Assembly (NCBI GenBank): GCA_951406725.2
Contig: OX597814.1
Coordinates: 92,876,001 to 92,940,000, forward strand
Reading direction: 5' to 3'
Length of the DNA stretch: 64,000 nucleotides
From: Octopus vulgaris
Lineage: Eukaryota
Shown here: one piece after another, positions 51,201 to 63,122 of the stretch
Position numbering within the stretch: the stretch's first letter is position 1
Layout of the letters: the number at the start of each line of letters is the position of its first letter
The notes under the pieces: model-generated
What the model saw: the letters and a program-made list of their open reading frames with translations, nothing else
Database searches by the model: none
Told to the model about the DNA's origin: nothing
Made by a program: the position numbers and the translations under genes

Positions 51201-54200
51201 AAAAGAGAGTTAACATAAGAGATGCAGCATGAATACACATTCTAAGCTTGGTGGCAGACAATGAGTAAGCGAACATCTCACACACACACACACACACACA
51301 CACAGTGGGTCAGTATGAATTTTCATAATATTAAATCAAAATGGAGGATAATTTGTTTTTAATATTTTTTTAAAATTCACAATTTACAACTTCAGTGAAC
51401 AAAGAGTTTGCTGTTCCAATCATAAAAACTTCCAATAACAAAATGCATCAACTAACCTTTATCCTTTCTAATATACTCTTACGACTATCCTCCTTCGGAG
51501 TCTCTCTTTCCAGTTCTTCTTCACTGCTCATAGGACGGCTATTTCGTACAATTTTTTGAACAGGTGTAGTGTTGTTACTGAATCTGTTAATTAATAATTA
51601 GTGTATCAGAATTAATAGATAAAAGATGGCAATTATTGACAGAGAGTATTATAAATTCATCATTATTTAACGTCTGTTTCCCATGCTGGCATGAATTGGA
51701 TGATTTGACAGGGAACCCAGCAAGGTTGCATCAGGCTCCGATGTCGTCTTTGGCATGGTTTCTATGGCTCGATAACCTTCCTAATACCAAGCACTTTACA
51801 TGCTACTGGCACTTGTAACGTTGCCATGAAAATTTGCAAGGTATAAAAGCTTTATGCTTTTATTAGAAATGATGGAACTGGACTGGTTGAATAGTTAAAG
51901 CATCAGACAAGTATTTACACCAGCTCTTCAGATTGTAAGTTTAAACTTTTCCTTCCCAAGGTTGAGAGAAAAAGTATATTAATATCAGGTGCAGGCATGG
52001 GGCTGTGTGGTAAGAAGTTTGCTCCCCAACCACATGGTTCTGGGCTCAGTCCCACTGTGTAACACTTTGGACAAGTGACTTCTACTTTAGCCCCAGGCAA
52101 ACAAAAACCTTGTGAGTGAATTTAGTAGATGGAAACTAAAAGAAGTCTGTCATATGTGTGTGTGTGTGTGTGCACGTGTCTGTTCACCACTGCTTGACAA
52201 CCAGTTGTTTGATGTCCTCCATAGTTAAGCAGTTCAACAATAGAGAGAGTGAAAAAAAAAATGAGTCCTGGGGTCAAGTCATTTGACTAAAGATTTTTCA
52301 AGGCAGTGCCCCAGTATGGCTACAGTCTAATGACTGAAACAAGTAAAAGATATGTAACAAAGTACTGGGATCAATTTAATCTACTAATTCTCCTCCAATA
52401 ATTTTTGACCTCGTGTCAATTGTGAGAAACAATTATCATTGGTTTGCACTGTGATTGGTGTTAGGAATGGCATCCAGCAGTAAAAACCATGCCAAAACAG
52501 ACACAGAAGTATGGTGCAGTCTTCTGCCTGTCCAGCTCCTGTCAAACAGCTCAACCCATGCCAGTATGGAAGGAGGACATTAAACAATGATGGTTGTTAT
52601 TATTAAGGTGGGAAACTGACAGAATTTTTAGAGTACTGAACAAAATGCCTGTTCAGAATTCAAATCCAGCTGAGGCCAACTTTGCTTTCTATCCCTCCAA
52701 GGTTGATAAAATAAAGTACCAGATTATCAACTAATCCTCTCCCTTTAAATTTGCTGGTCTTGAGCCTAAATCAGAAAGTATTAACTTGACACAGCTATGC
52801 AGCTTACCAGTCCTTATCAAACCATCCAACCCATACTAGCATGGAAAGCCAATGTTAAATGATGACAAACTGGCAAATCAGTACTGGACAAAATGTCTTG
52901 TATATCTTCTAGAACTTTACACCTTGAGTTCAATTCCAGCTCAAGTCGACTTTACATTTCATCCCTCTGAGGTCAATAAAATGTGCTACTCAAGTACAGG
53001 GGTCGATATAATTGACTAACATCCTCCCACTCAAAACTACACCCCTTGAAACAATGTGGCAGGGATGTGGGTATGTGTGTGTAAACAACTGGGCATTTCT
53101 AGTTGGCTGGAATGATTACTGTAACTGATTTATGATACCCTTCTAATCGCTTACCATGCAACCACAAAAAATTATCATCCAAGTCAACTGTCACCAACAG
53201 AATGAACATACAGTGTCCATAAAGTCATGGCGCCATTTAAAATACTTGTATCTTCATAACTATACATGACAGAATTTGAAAAAAGGATAAGAAAGAAGGA
53301 CCAAAACTTTTTATTCACCTTGTTAATTTTCAACATCATCATTATCAAAATCAATCAACATCAATGGAAATTGTAGCTGTTTTACCAGCACCGGTGGCAC
53401 GTAAGAGAACCATCCCAATGTGGCCGTTGCCAGCACCGCCCTGACTGGCCTCCGTGCTGGTGGCACGTAAAAAGCACCCACTACACTCACAGAGTGGTTG
53501 GTGTTAGGAAGGGCATCCAGCCATAGAAACGTTGCCAGATCAGACTGGGCCTGGTGCAGCCTTCTGGCTTCCCAGACCCCAGTTGAATCGTCCAACCCAT
53601 GCTAGCATGGAAAGTGGATGCTAAACGATGATGATCATTACTTATATAAAATGAAATACGATTCAGTAGTTCTCGGAAAACACTTTCCAGCTGATTTTCA
53701 GTAACACCTTCAATTGCATCAGCTATCCTTGTTTTCAAGTCTTAGTTGAATGAACAATACTCTTCACATGTCCCCATAAAAAGAAATCCAATGGAGTCAA
53801 ATCTGGTGAATGTGGAGGCCAAAACAATGGTCCACCACTTCAAATCCATCTGTTAAGAAATTTCTCATTTAAAAAACTGCTTAAAGTGACAAGGTGCACC
53901 GTCTTGTTGAAAACTCTATTCTCTATCAGTTCTAATTTTTTAAGCTTAAGAATGAAGAATTTTTGGAGCATTGCACCTTGACTTTATGGTCAATCTGTAT
54001 TTTAACCAATGATAAACAAAGTTACAATGAAATCCAAAGACCAATAACTTACTCTCAGCCAATAACATGGGACATTATTTGTCAACATTTCATCCTTATG
54101 TTTAAGAGGCTCTAAGCAACATTCGTTTATTTAGGGAAAGTCTTATAATTACCAATGCCAATGATACAGTACTCTTTTATTCATTTCAGTCATTCTGACT

Positions 54201-55859
54201 GTGACCATGCTGGGGCACCATCTTAAAGAGTATTTTAGTCAAGGAAATTGATCCCAGCACTTACTCTGCGTAAACTCAGTTCTTATCCTATCGGTCTCCT
54301 TTGCCCAAAGGCTAGGTTACAGGGACATAAACGCACCAACATCGGTTGTCAAGCAATGGTGGGAGTGTTTGTCATAAACACCAACACAAAGACACACACA
54401 TACAAATATATACATATATATACAATGGACTTCGTTTTGGTTTCTGTCTACCAAATCCACTCACAAGGCTTTGGTTGGTCTGAGGGTATAGCAGAAGACA
54501 CCCAAGGTACCACGCAGTGGGACTGAACCCAGAACCATGTGGTCGGTGAAGCAAGCTTCTTCACCTAACAGCCAAGCCTGAGCCAATATAAATAAAAAAT
54601 TTTTAAAAACTCTACTGAACGAAAGAACATTACCTTTTTGAGCGATACATGCTAATACTGTACATCAGAGGGCTTCTCTTGCGCATCACCACATCATCAT
54701 CTGTTGTAGTATCATCATAGCAACTGTCTGTACAAGTGGCTAACAAATGACTGCCACGCTTGTTCTAGTAAAATAAAAATAAATAATCAAGAAATATAAA
54801 CAAAGGCTATGTTAAATATAACAAAATTCATTCCTTCACAAATCTTAAAAGTGGTTATTGTTGAGTCAACTCCATTAAAATATAACTGTTTGGGAATATT
54901 CTACAGGATTCTGTTATATTTTATTCTTTTACTTGCTCCAGTCATTTGACTGAGGCCATGCAGGAACATCGCCTTGAAAGGGTTTTAGTTAAACAAATCA
55001 ACCACAGAACCTATTTCTTAAGCCTAATATTCTATTGGTCTCTTGATGAACCACTAAGTTACAGGGACATAAACACACAAACATTGGTTATCAAATGGTG
55101 GAGACAAACACATACACACATTGAGACATACATCAATGTATGTATGTGTGTGTGTGTATATATATATATATATACATATACACACACACACACAACAGGC
55201 TTCTTTCAATTTCCATCTACCAAATCCACTCACAAGGCTTTGGTCAGCCCAAGGCTATAGTAGAAGACACTCAAGGTTCCACGCAGTGGGACTGAACCCA
55301 AAACCAAGCTGCTTACTGTATTCATGTTTTGAACTGCATAAGTATATTGAAGTAGCCATGTATGAATGCACATCATAATCATTTAATGTTCACTTTTTTC
55401 ATGCTAGAATGGGTCAGATGAAACTTGTTGAGGCAGATTTCCTATAGCTGGATGCCCTTTCTGTCACTAACTCTGACTGGTTTCTAAGATAGTAACTCTT
55501 CACAAGATTGTAAACAAAAGACTACTTGCATGATGGTGACATGCATTTGACAACTACCATGCCAAGTGAAGACAAAGAGACAATAACACACACACACATT
55601 CATAGTGACTAGGTGCATGGACAGGTGGTAGAATGTTGGGCTCACAATTGTGAAATCAGCTAGATTCCTGGAATGGGCAGCAAACATTTCATTTCAGATT
55701 GCTCAGCAATCATTTCGACATCTGACATGTGACACACTTGTGCACCTGTACAGCCAACATTGATTTGATGGAGGGTGTGAGCTTATATGAACACATTTGA
55801 TCATTGGTGTGGTTGTTATGCAAGAAATTACAGAACACTCATCTGTTAATAAAAAAGTT

Positions 55860-55906
<47 letters not shown>

Positions 55907-58900
55907 CAGTTAGAGGGTAAAATAGCCCCATTAAAGGATAAAAATATATCCAATGAATTACTGGTTCATTGCCTAGTATGTTTTTGTGAATAGTGATATT
56001 CATAAAAAAATAAGTATAAATCTTGGTTTATTCAAAATAAAATTCAGAAAATGGAGTTGTAGCATTAATACAATTCATCAACTGCAAAAATCCAACATAC
56101 TCTCTTACAGTTCAGATTATATTAATGCTACATCTCCATTTCCTGAATTTTATTTTGTATATATATATATATATATATATATATACCATCATTTAACATC
56201 TATATTCCATGCTGGCATGGGTTGGATGGTTTGACAGGAACTGGCAAGCCAGAGGACTGCACTGAGCTCCACTGTCTGTTATGGTATGGTTATTTTTTTG
56301 ACAGGTGAATGGCCTTCCTAATGCCAACCACACACACATACAGGCATTTTTTCAGTTTCCATCGACCAAATCCACTCACAAAACCTTGTTTGGTCTTGCG
56401 CCATAGAAAACACTGGTGCAAGGTGCTGTGCAGTATGATAGAACCTAAGAAGAATGGGACAAAAAAAAAAAAAAAAAGAAAAAAAAGAAAAGAAAAAGAA
56501 AAAAAACCATCACTAACAGCTGATTGAATTGGGGTTGTTTGGAGTCTATTGTCATCTGTATCTGAGTCCAAAGCATCATCAATCAAGTCGTCCACACTTG
56601 TGGTTCCCATAGATTCCATCTCATCACTATCGTAATCTTCATCCAAAGTGTCGTCAGTGCTGTCTATATTATCATGGGGCTGGTATTTGCGATTTTTGTT
56701 TTTTTCCAAATGCTGTTGGCGTTTGCCCAGTTCAATAATATTAGTGGAGCTTTCTGTTTGCAGAGAAAGCTTATATTGTTGACGCACAGATTCTGGCACG
56801 AAGGCACTGATGCTGACATCATCACTCTCATCATTGTCGGGATGGGACATGCTGTTGTGAGCAGCTGCAGCACGGCACAGGGCTTCGTTCTCTTCACTGC
56901 TGGAATAATAATCGTCCTCAAAATCTTGCTCCATGTACTGTAAGTCTTGACGAGATTCGAGGGTTCTTTCTGCATCAGTCTCATCACTGATATCATCAAT
57001 GCTGGATTCTTGATAACTGTAAATAAAGAAAAATAAGCAAATTAAATAAGCAAATAGGTGAAATACCTATTTCTTTACTACCCACAAGGGGCTAAACACA
57101 GAGGAGACAGACAAGGACAGACAGACGGATTAAGTCAATTATATCGACCCTAGTGCGTAACTGGTACTTAATTTATCGACCCCGAAAGGATGAAAGGCAA
57201 AGTCGACCTCGGTGGAATTTGAACTCAGAACATAACGACAGACGTAATACCGCTAAGCATTTCGCCCAGCGTGCTAACGTTTCTGCCAGCTCACCGCCTT
57301 TAGTGAAATACCACTAAGCATTTCATCTGGCATGCTAATGATTCTGCCAGCTCATCGCCTTCTAAAGTAATAAAAATAATAGTAATTCTACAATAGGCAT
57401 AAGGCCTAATAATTTTTGTTTCAAATTTTGGTACAAGGTCAGCAATTTTAAGGGAAAGGAGTTAGTCTATTACATTAATCCCAGTGCTCAACTGGTACTC
57501 TGTCTCTCATCCTTTCAGTGGTTGATAAAATAAATTGACTATGGTAGGACTTGCATTCAGAACAAAGAGCTGGAAGAAATGTTGCAAAGCATTTTCCAAA
57601 ATGCTAACAATTCTGCCAGATCATCACTTTAAGAACAATGATATCTGATTTAGGTACAAGGCCAACAATTTTGAGGGAGGGATGCTTTTTGATACCATCA
57701 GCCCCAGTACATGACTGGTACATTATTTTACTGACCCTGGAGGGATGTTTTGTGCATGTCACTGTGGTCCCACACTATCAAGTTTGATTTGATTACTTCA
57801 CCACAAACCTTCATTGATTCGAAATGTCTTCTATGAGTATGGTTCAACAATAATTCAGAACAGTCTTTCAACCAGAACTGTTAGCATAGTGGACAAAATG
57901 CTTAGCGGCATTTTATCCATCTTTATGTTTTGTGTTCAAATTCCACCATGGTCAACTTTGTCTTTCATCCTTTCAGGAGCAATAAAATAAGTATCAATTG
58001 ACCACTGGTATAGATTTAATCGATTTACCTATTAGATTAAAATTGTTGGCTATGACAAAATTTGAAACCAATATTAAGGAAGTGCAAGATAAAAAAAAAC
58101 AAATTTGTAAAACAGAACACTTACTTTCCATATCCATAATAGTCATCTGAACTTTCAAAGCTGTCCTCAAAATGAACTTGCTTAACTACACTCTTCAAAG
58201 GAGTATCCCCTGGATTTACTAGAGCAGACTTCTTTTCGGGGACTGCAGAATTCTGAGGGGCTGCAACCAGTTTGAATATACTACTGCTCTCCCCAGCAGT
58301 AGTCACCTTGGAGCTAGTTGCAGAGGTGGTTGTTTTGCTTTGTCCTGGTAGTGGTGGTGGTGGTGGCGGTGGTATTCCACTTGTTGCTACCATCTGTCCA
58401 GTCTTGTTTTCATTAGGTACAGTTGCTAGAGGAAGAAAATAATACAAATTGTAACATCAACAAGAGCTGATATTCCAAGGAACAGTAACACACTTCTTTT
58501 TTTAACCATATTACAATGAATGGTTTTGTTTTGTTTTTACAAATGAATCTAAAGGGATGGAACAGTGACTATGATCTTTGCAATTCCCCTAAAACTTGTA
58601 GATCTGAAGATGAGTAATCTGGGAAAGTAAAGACTGGTTTAAATGTGGTAACTGAATGGTGAGTTACAGTAAGGGTATTGAAAAGAAGACATAGCCAGTT
58701 GCATACCATCTGTATTGTGATGGTAAGCAGCTGGCTATCTCAAAAGCAATAAACTGTAAAATTAACAGCTAGATAGATAATGTGTACCATAGCCAAGAGA
58801 TACATATATTTAAGGTTATTTCCAAAATTTCTATTGATAGCTATAATCCACATTCATTCCACCACCATTCCCAGTTTATAGAACAGGTATCAAAAACACG

Positions 58901-60648
58901 AAGTAAAATTCTTTAAAAGTAATAATACTCACCAGAAGGTTCACTGATATCACTTTCTTGGTTAGATTTCTGCAACATAAAATTAAAAAAAAATTAAATT
59001 AACCCACATTTTATATATATATATATATATATATCATCATCTGGAGAGCTGTATCAGGCTCATAAATATATATATATATATATAGTTGGCTGAAACAGTT
59101 GATACCACTCACATGTTGTCTTCACACTCTGGCATTAAAACAATTTTATGCTAAGATACTTAATTATGGTTAAAGGTATGTATGGCAAGGAATTCATAGA
59201 CAGTTGTTAAGAATGTGAAAAAATTAATCCTCACATCAAGATGTTGATATTATAAGTAACAGTAATATAATTTATGTAAAAAGATTTTCTTCGATGGAAG
59301 TAATTATTGAAGAAGCCTTAATGACTTTTTATTTTGAAAACGTAATATTAAATCAAAATATTTCGGTCCTCAAACAGATATTGACCTGAGTCAAAATTTC
59401 TGTAATATTTTGGTAACTTATTTGCTTTATCTGTCAAGTTACAGCAAAACCAGCTTAGCATTCAAAGTAGGGGCCCATCACGTTGCACTGTTTGAAGCTA
59501 CCTTCCTGCCACTTCTCCCATCTCACACTAATACCAGTTCTCCTTTGAAACAAAAAACTCCTTCACTGAAGCTTCCACCTCCTCTTGATTGATGAAGTTT
59601 TGCGAGCACAGGAAGTGAACAAAGGACTGATACGAGTAATAATCTGAGGGAAATATTTTTCTGCAATCCTAATGTGCATAAGCTGTGGTTAAGCAAGGGC
59701 CAGCTTCCAGAATCTGTTGCCAAATTGGGTGTTTCAATCATAAGGCAATGCTCTGCATTTGTTGGAATTATGAGGGGATAATTCTCTACAAATTCACTCT
59801 GGATAGTCGAACCATTGATGCCAACCTATACTCAGAACAGCTGGAGTAGATGTAAGCCATTGTGTGGCAAAAATGCCCAACATTAGTCCAACACAAAACA
59901 AGCAAGACAATAAGACATCATACCATTTGAATTACCCAGAATAAACTGAGAACTTGAGGGAATAAAACTGATGCCCCACCCAGCATATAGTCCAGACCTA
60001 GCTCCCTTGGATTATTACTTGATCCGATCTATGGCTCACTTCCTGCACTTGTGATGCTTCATCAACCAAGAGGAGGCGAAAGTTTCTGTGAAGGAGTTCT
60101 TCACCTTGAAGGACAGGAAATGGCAGAAAGGTGGCTTCAGATAGTGCAGCACGATTGCCTCTACTTTGAACACTAGGCTGCTTTTGTTTGAACTTGATAA
60201 ATAAAGCAAATAAGTAACCAAAATATTGCAAAACTTTTCACTCAACACAACAGATTTACTAAATTTGTAAACCACTTGCATATATCTGTCATTTAGCATG
60301 TTTTGTCAGCTTTCAAAAGTAATGTGCAGAATACAGTACAAACACAGCATTCTTTTGGAGTCAAATGAACATACTTAGACAGCAGAGAAAGAGAGAGAGG
60401 GAGAGAAAGAGAGAGTCATTAATTTGCTAAACTTATTTACCTTCTCCGAAGGTAACTTAATATAGCATTTTCAAAGCTTAGTTAGTAACTGTACTGACAC
60501 AATGAAAAACCCCAGATAAGAAAAACAAAAGATGAAATTATTCAACACAACAGAGTTGATAAAGGGAAAGCAAATTTTAATGGCAGAAGAATGCAAGTTA
60601 AAAAATAGAGGACAACATAGATGAATATAAATATAAAAGTACACATTC

Positions 60649-60683
<35 letters not shown>

Positions 60684-62302
60684 TTCCAATGGAGCCATGG
60701 TGCCAATTCTTTGCAGGGGAGGTACAAAATCACTTAAATTGTAACTCTCAACAAGCCAAAGAGGAATCCTCTATGTTGTTGCTCAACTTACTAGAAGTAG
60801 CAGTCAAATCTCCCTCAAACTATACTTTATTGCCTTAAAAAAAACATTGCCAATGCAGTCCATTGCATAAAAGTAAATATATAAAAACATTCACAGCTGG
60901 AATGCTTTTGATGAAGGCAAACTTAGGATAAACATCAATTCTAATTATAATATACAATATTAATTGATGAAAAAGTAAGAAGACACTCACCACAGTGTTA
61001 TCTTTTAAGATACCATTATGCCATCGATTTTCAAGTACTTTCAGCTCAGCCATTCGTTCCTGTCGAATTTTTTCAGCCATTGAATGAGTGGTGGTACTCT
61101 GTTGAGTTTCAAACAAGCGCTGTTGAATAGCTTTCATGGCACAGCTGGCTTTTGAAGGGCTCAGAGGCTTAGATTTAGATTCAATAGAATTGGATCTGAC
61201 AACAGGAGATTCGAATTTCCTTGACATTCCAGGAGATTTGGGAATATTTGCAGACACTGGTCTCGAAGGTGTTGTAGTAGGACAAGGTAATGTAGTACCT
61301 TTAGGCTTAATCATTTTGTTGGATTCAGTACTCCCACTGGCAGTCACCTGTTCCCATGCAGACATGCGAGCATTTACTGGATAAGCAGTTGGTTCTTTCT
61401 CAGTCACCGCTTCAAGAGTGTTGACTTTCTTTTGCCATTCAGCCATTCTTTTAGAAACCGACTGGCTTGTTGGTTCAAAACTCTCACGGCGCTTGTTACC
61501 CTCTTTATTTCTCATATTTACAGGTTCAGCTGCAGGAGTATTATGTGTTGCTGATGATGGTACACTAGACGATACGCTGTTAATCTGCACTGAAGAAGAA
61601 CCTGATGACTGGGAAGACTGTTGATTGCTAAATGCAGATCTGTTTTGTTTTGGTGTAGATGAAATCCCTAGGCTCTTCTCAAGTTGAGCAACTTTTGATG
61701 ACAAGTTCTGGCTGCATCTATTGCCCATAGGGGTAATGGTTTTAGAATTTGGCTGAGTATTTTCACTTTTAGAAGGACTTGCTGGACTTACACAGTTAGT
61801 TTCTGTTGCAGATACTTTCTTTGACCATTTGGCCAATCGCTCAGAGACTGGTTTGTTAGTTGGTTCATCATCTGTGGTTTCTCCTTGAGTAAAGGAATCA
61901 TTAAGCCCCCGAGCATTAACAGGTATTTCACTTGGAATATCCTGCAAATGGTCTTGACCACTACCTTTGGCAGTATAAGGGTTCTTTTTGTTGTTTCTTA
62001 ATGGCTTCTGCTGCCTTGACATTGTCTCAATAGCTGATTCTAAGTCATCACCTGGAATAAAACGTGGAGCAACAGGTGCTGGAGATCTTGGAGTATATGA
62101 AGGACCAGGAGACTTTGAACGCACTGGCAGAGGTGTTGCAGGTGCAGATGCCATGGGTGCAGCAGATTTGGAGCGAGGAGACCTCATATGAGGGGCCACT
62201 GGAGCAGCAGTCCTTGACCGAGAATTTCTAGTTTCCAGTTGCCCCTCAGTAGTCATTGGTATGTCACGTTCCCTGTCAACTAAATGAACTGAGTTGGGTC
62301 GA
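38048..62302 (-). CDS. ANLN: Anillin (actin/myosin/septin/Rho scaffold of the contractile ring), spliced gene, 5' end not identified in window
   Basis: Fifteen GT-AG exons with consistent phases. They contain diagnostic anillin segments: [26 protein letters not shown]...[20 protein letters not shown] (RBD), [13 protein letters not shown] (C2/AH), [26 protein letters not shown]...[16 protein letters not shown] and [17 protein letters not shown] (PH). Stop TAG at 38048-38050. Confidence 0.95.
38330..38502 (-). CDS. ANLN: Anillin PH exon ([11 protein letters not shown]...CARPNTFEM...)
   Basis: ctccag acceptor, gtatgt donor; within ORF 38248..38520. Confidence 0.95.
39244..39431. mobile_element. 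hAT MITE with 8-bp TSD
   Basis: cagtggttctcaac / gttgggaaccactg; TSD ctctttag/ctctatag. Confidence 0.8.
39685..40100 (+). mobile_element. RTE-like LINE fragment
   Basis: [13 protein letters not shown]...[34 protein letters not shown]. Confidence 0.75.
40544..40651 (-). CDS. ANLN: Anillin PH exon ([36 protein letters not shown])
   Basis: tttccag acceptor, gtaatt donor; highly conserved anillin PH motif. Confidence 0.96.
42483..42569 (-). CDS. ANLN: Anillin exon ([17 protein letters not shown]...SGFL)
   Basis: ttcatcag acceptor, gtaagt donor, phase 0 to 0. Confidence 0.92.
43551..43663 (-). CDS. ANLN: Anillin exon ([18 protein letters not shown]...FTMDR)
   Basis: ctttcag acceptor, gttagc donor, phase 1 to 0. 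Confidence 0.88.
45483..45552 (-). CDS. ANLN: Anillin polybasic exon ([23 protein letters not shown])
   Basis: attacag acceptor, gtaagt donor; polybasic loop of the anillin C2 region. Confidence 0.88.
46598..46770 (-). CDS. ANLN: Anillin C2/AH exon ([17 protein letters not shown]...[10 protein letters not shown])
   Basis: tcttcag acceptor, gttagg donor, phase 1 to 0. Confidence 0.92.
48375..48613 (-). pseudogene. Partial duplicate of the anillin 46598-46770 exon 3' end plus its downstream intron
   Basis: Aligns with about 46407-46633; shares atttcatagagctccaaagtaacttgaaattttga exactly; donor changed from gttagg to tttagg. Confidence 0.85.
49731..49886 (-). CDS. ANLN: Anillin exon ([15 protein letters not shown]...[16 protein letters not shown])
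   Basis: atttcag acceptor, gtaggc donor, phase 1 to 1. Confidence 0.92.
50442..50580 (-). CDS. ANLN: Anillin RBD exon ([24 protein letters not shown]...HKLLLIA)
   Basis: tattttag acceptor, gtatgt donor; anillin Rho-binding helical motif. Confidence 0.92.
51457..51583 (-). CDS. ANLN: Anillin exon ([13 protein letters not shown]...SILERIK)
   Basis: ttaacag acceptor (alternative in-frame AG 6 nt downstream), gttagt donor. Confidence 0.85.
53207..54100 (-). mobile_element. Tc1/mariner transposase remnant interrupted by a SINE-like insert
   Basis: [19 protein letters not shown] motif near 53760-53825; [24 protein letters not shown]. Confidence 0.75.
54634..54764 (-). CDS. ANLN: Anillin exon (NKRGSHLL...[13 protein letters not shown])
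   Basis: ttactag acceptor, gtaatg donor, phase 0 to 2. Confidence 0.9.
56518..57016 (-). CDS. ANLN: Anillin acidic exon
   Basis: tttacag acceptor, gttagt donor, phase 2 to 0; overlaps ORF 56290..56934. Confidence 0.85.
58125..58425 (-). CDS. ANLN: Anillin exon with polyproline tract
   Basis: cctctag acceptor, gtaagt donor, phase 1 to 2; within ORF 58121..58447. Confidence 0.85.
58933..58969 (-). CDS. ANLN: Anillin 37-nt micro-exon ([12 protein letters not shown])
   Basis: ttgcag acceptor, gtgagt donor; supplies the phase 0 to 1 change required between neighbouring exons. Confidence 0.8.
59405..60228 (+). mobile_element. Mariner remnant with long inverted ends
   Basis: [20 protein letters not shown] at about 59975-60035; 59405-59600 is inversely similar to 60050-60228. 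Confidence 0.75.
60991..62302 (-). CDS. ANLN: Anillin large exon, low-complexity Ser/Pro/Thr-rich N-terminal region
   Basis: 1312-nt exon inside ORF 60835..62358; poly-T tract plus ttag acceptor, GTG|gtgagt donor. Confidence 0.9.
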
Positions 62303-62498
62303 CTAAATAAGCAAAAAAAAAAAGAAAAAAAAAAGAAAAGAATCATTATGTCTGACACTTAAGACTTATATTTTTTCAAATATTTTTAACATATGTTGTT
62401 TTGTAGCATTATTTTAATATTTTTAACATATGTAATTCTGTTTGCATGGTTTGAATATATCTGCAAATTCAGACACTTACATAAATTTTTAAAGAACT

Positions 62499-63103
62499 TG
62501 TAGTGATCCGACAACGGCGCGCGCTCGCGCACCGCCCATTTGTATTTCGCACGTGTTGGTGCCTTTACCAAGGCACAGAAAGGAAGGCCCCTCTCGCGCA
62601 TGCGCGAACCACCGGTAGCACGACCCTATTGCCTACGTAGCAGTTAGCAAGGCAAGGGGGTCGTAGAACGTTTGACCGCTAGCAGCAGCAGCCAATGACT
62701 TGGGACAGCAGCGATTGAAGGGGACGGACGTATATTTTCTAGCTGTCCAGCTTTGATAGCAGTCGGCCGAATGCCTTTAACCAAATTGTTGCCGACCACA
62801 TTCAACTTCCCTGTTCGACGCCATCTTGAATCCGTTTCTGTTTTGGGCGGCTGGACGATTGTAAATATTACAATCGATTAACTTTCAGCCTTGCGCGCCC
62901 AGAATCAAGGACATCAGATAACACACTTATTGTTATTGTTTACCAAGAAAGAGAATAAAGTAGTTATATGTATATTTTACGTCTGCGTCTTGTTGTTTCT
63001 GACTAGTAGAATTCTGGATTATTAAAGCAACGGCTAGTGAGTGATTGCTTTGTGCACCCCAAAAGTGCACTAGGATATTCTCACTCACACTAAGTTCGTT
63101 TCA
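62499..63103 (+). mobile_element. 5' LTR of a Ty3/Gypsy (CsRn1-like) retrotransposon; internal region continues to the right edge
   Basis: TG...CA boundaries, CpG-rich, AATAAA at about 62954, immediately followed by a PBS. Confidence 0.75.
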
Positions 63104-63104
63104 C

Positions 63105-63122
63105 TGGTGACCCCGACGTGAT
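63105..63122 (+). promoter_or_regulatory. Primer-binding site complementary to the tRNA-Trp 3' end
   Basis: TGGTGACCCCGACGTGAT is an 18-nt complement of the eukaryotic tRNA-Trp 3' terminus. Confidence 0.88.

Noticed and set aside
60441-60495. Possible extra anillin exon (donor AAG|gtaaat at 60440)
   Set aside because: Candidate acceptors give in-frame stops, and the flanking exons already join in phase.
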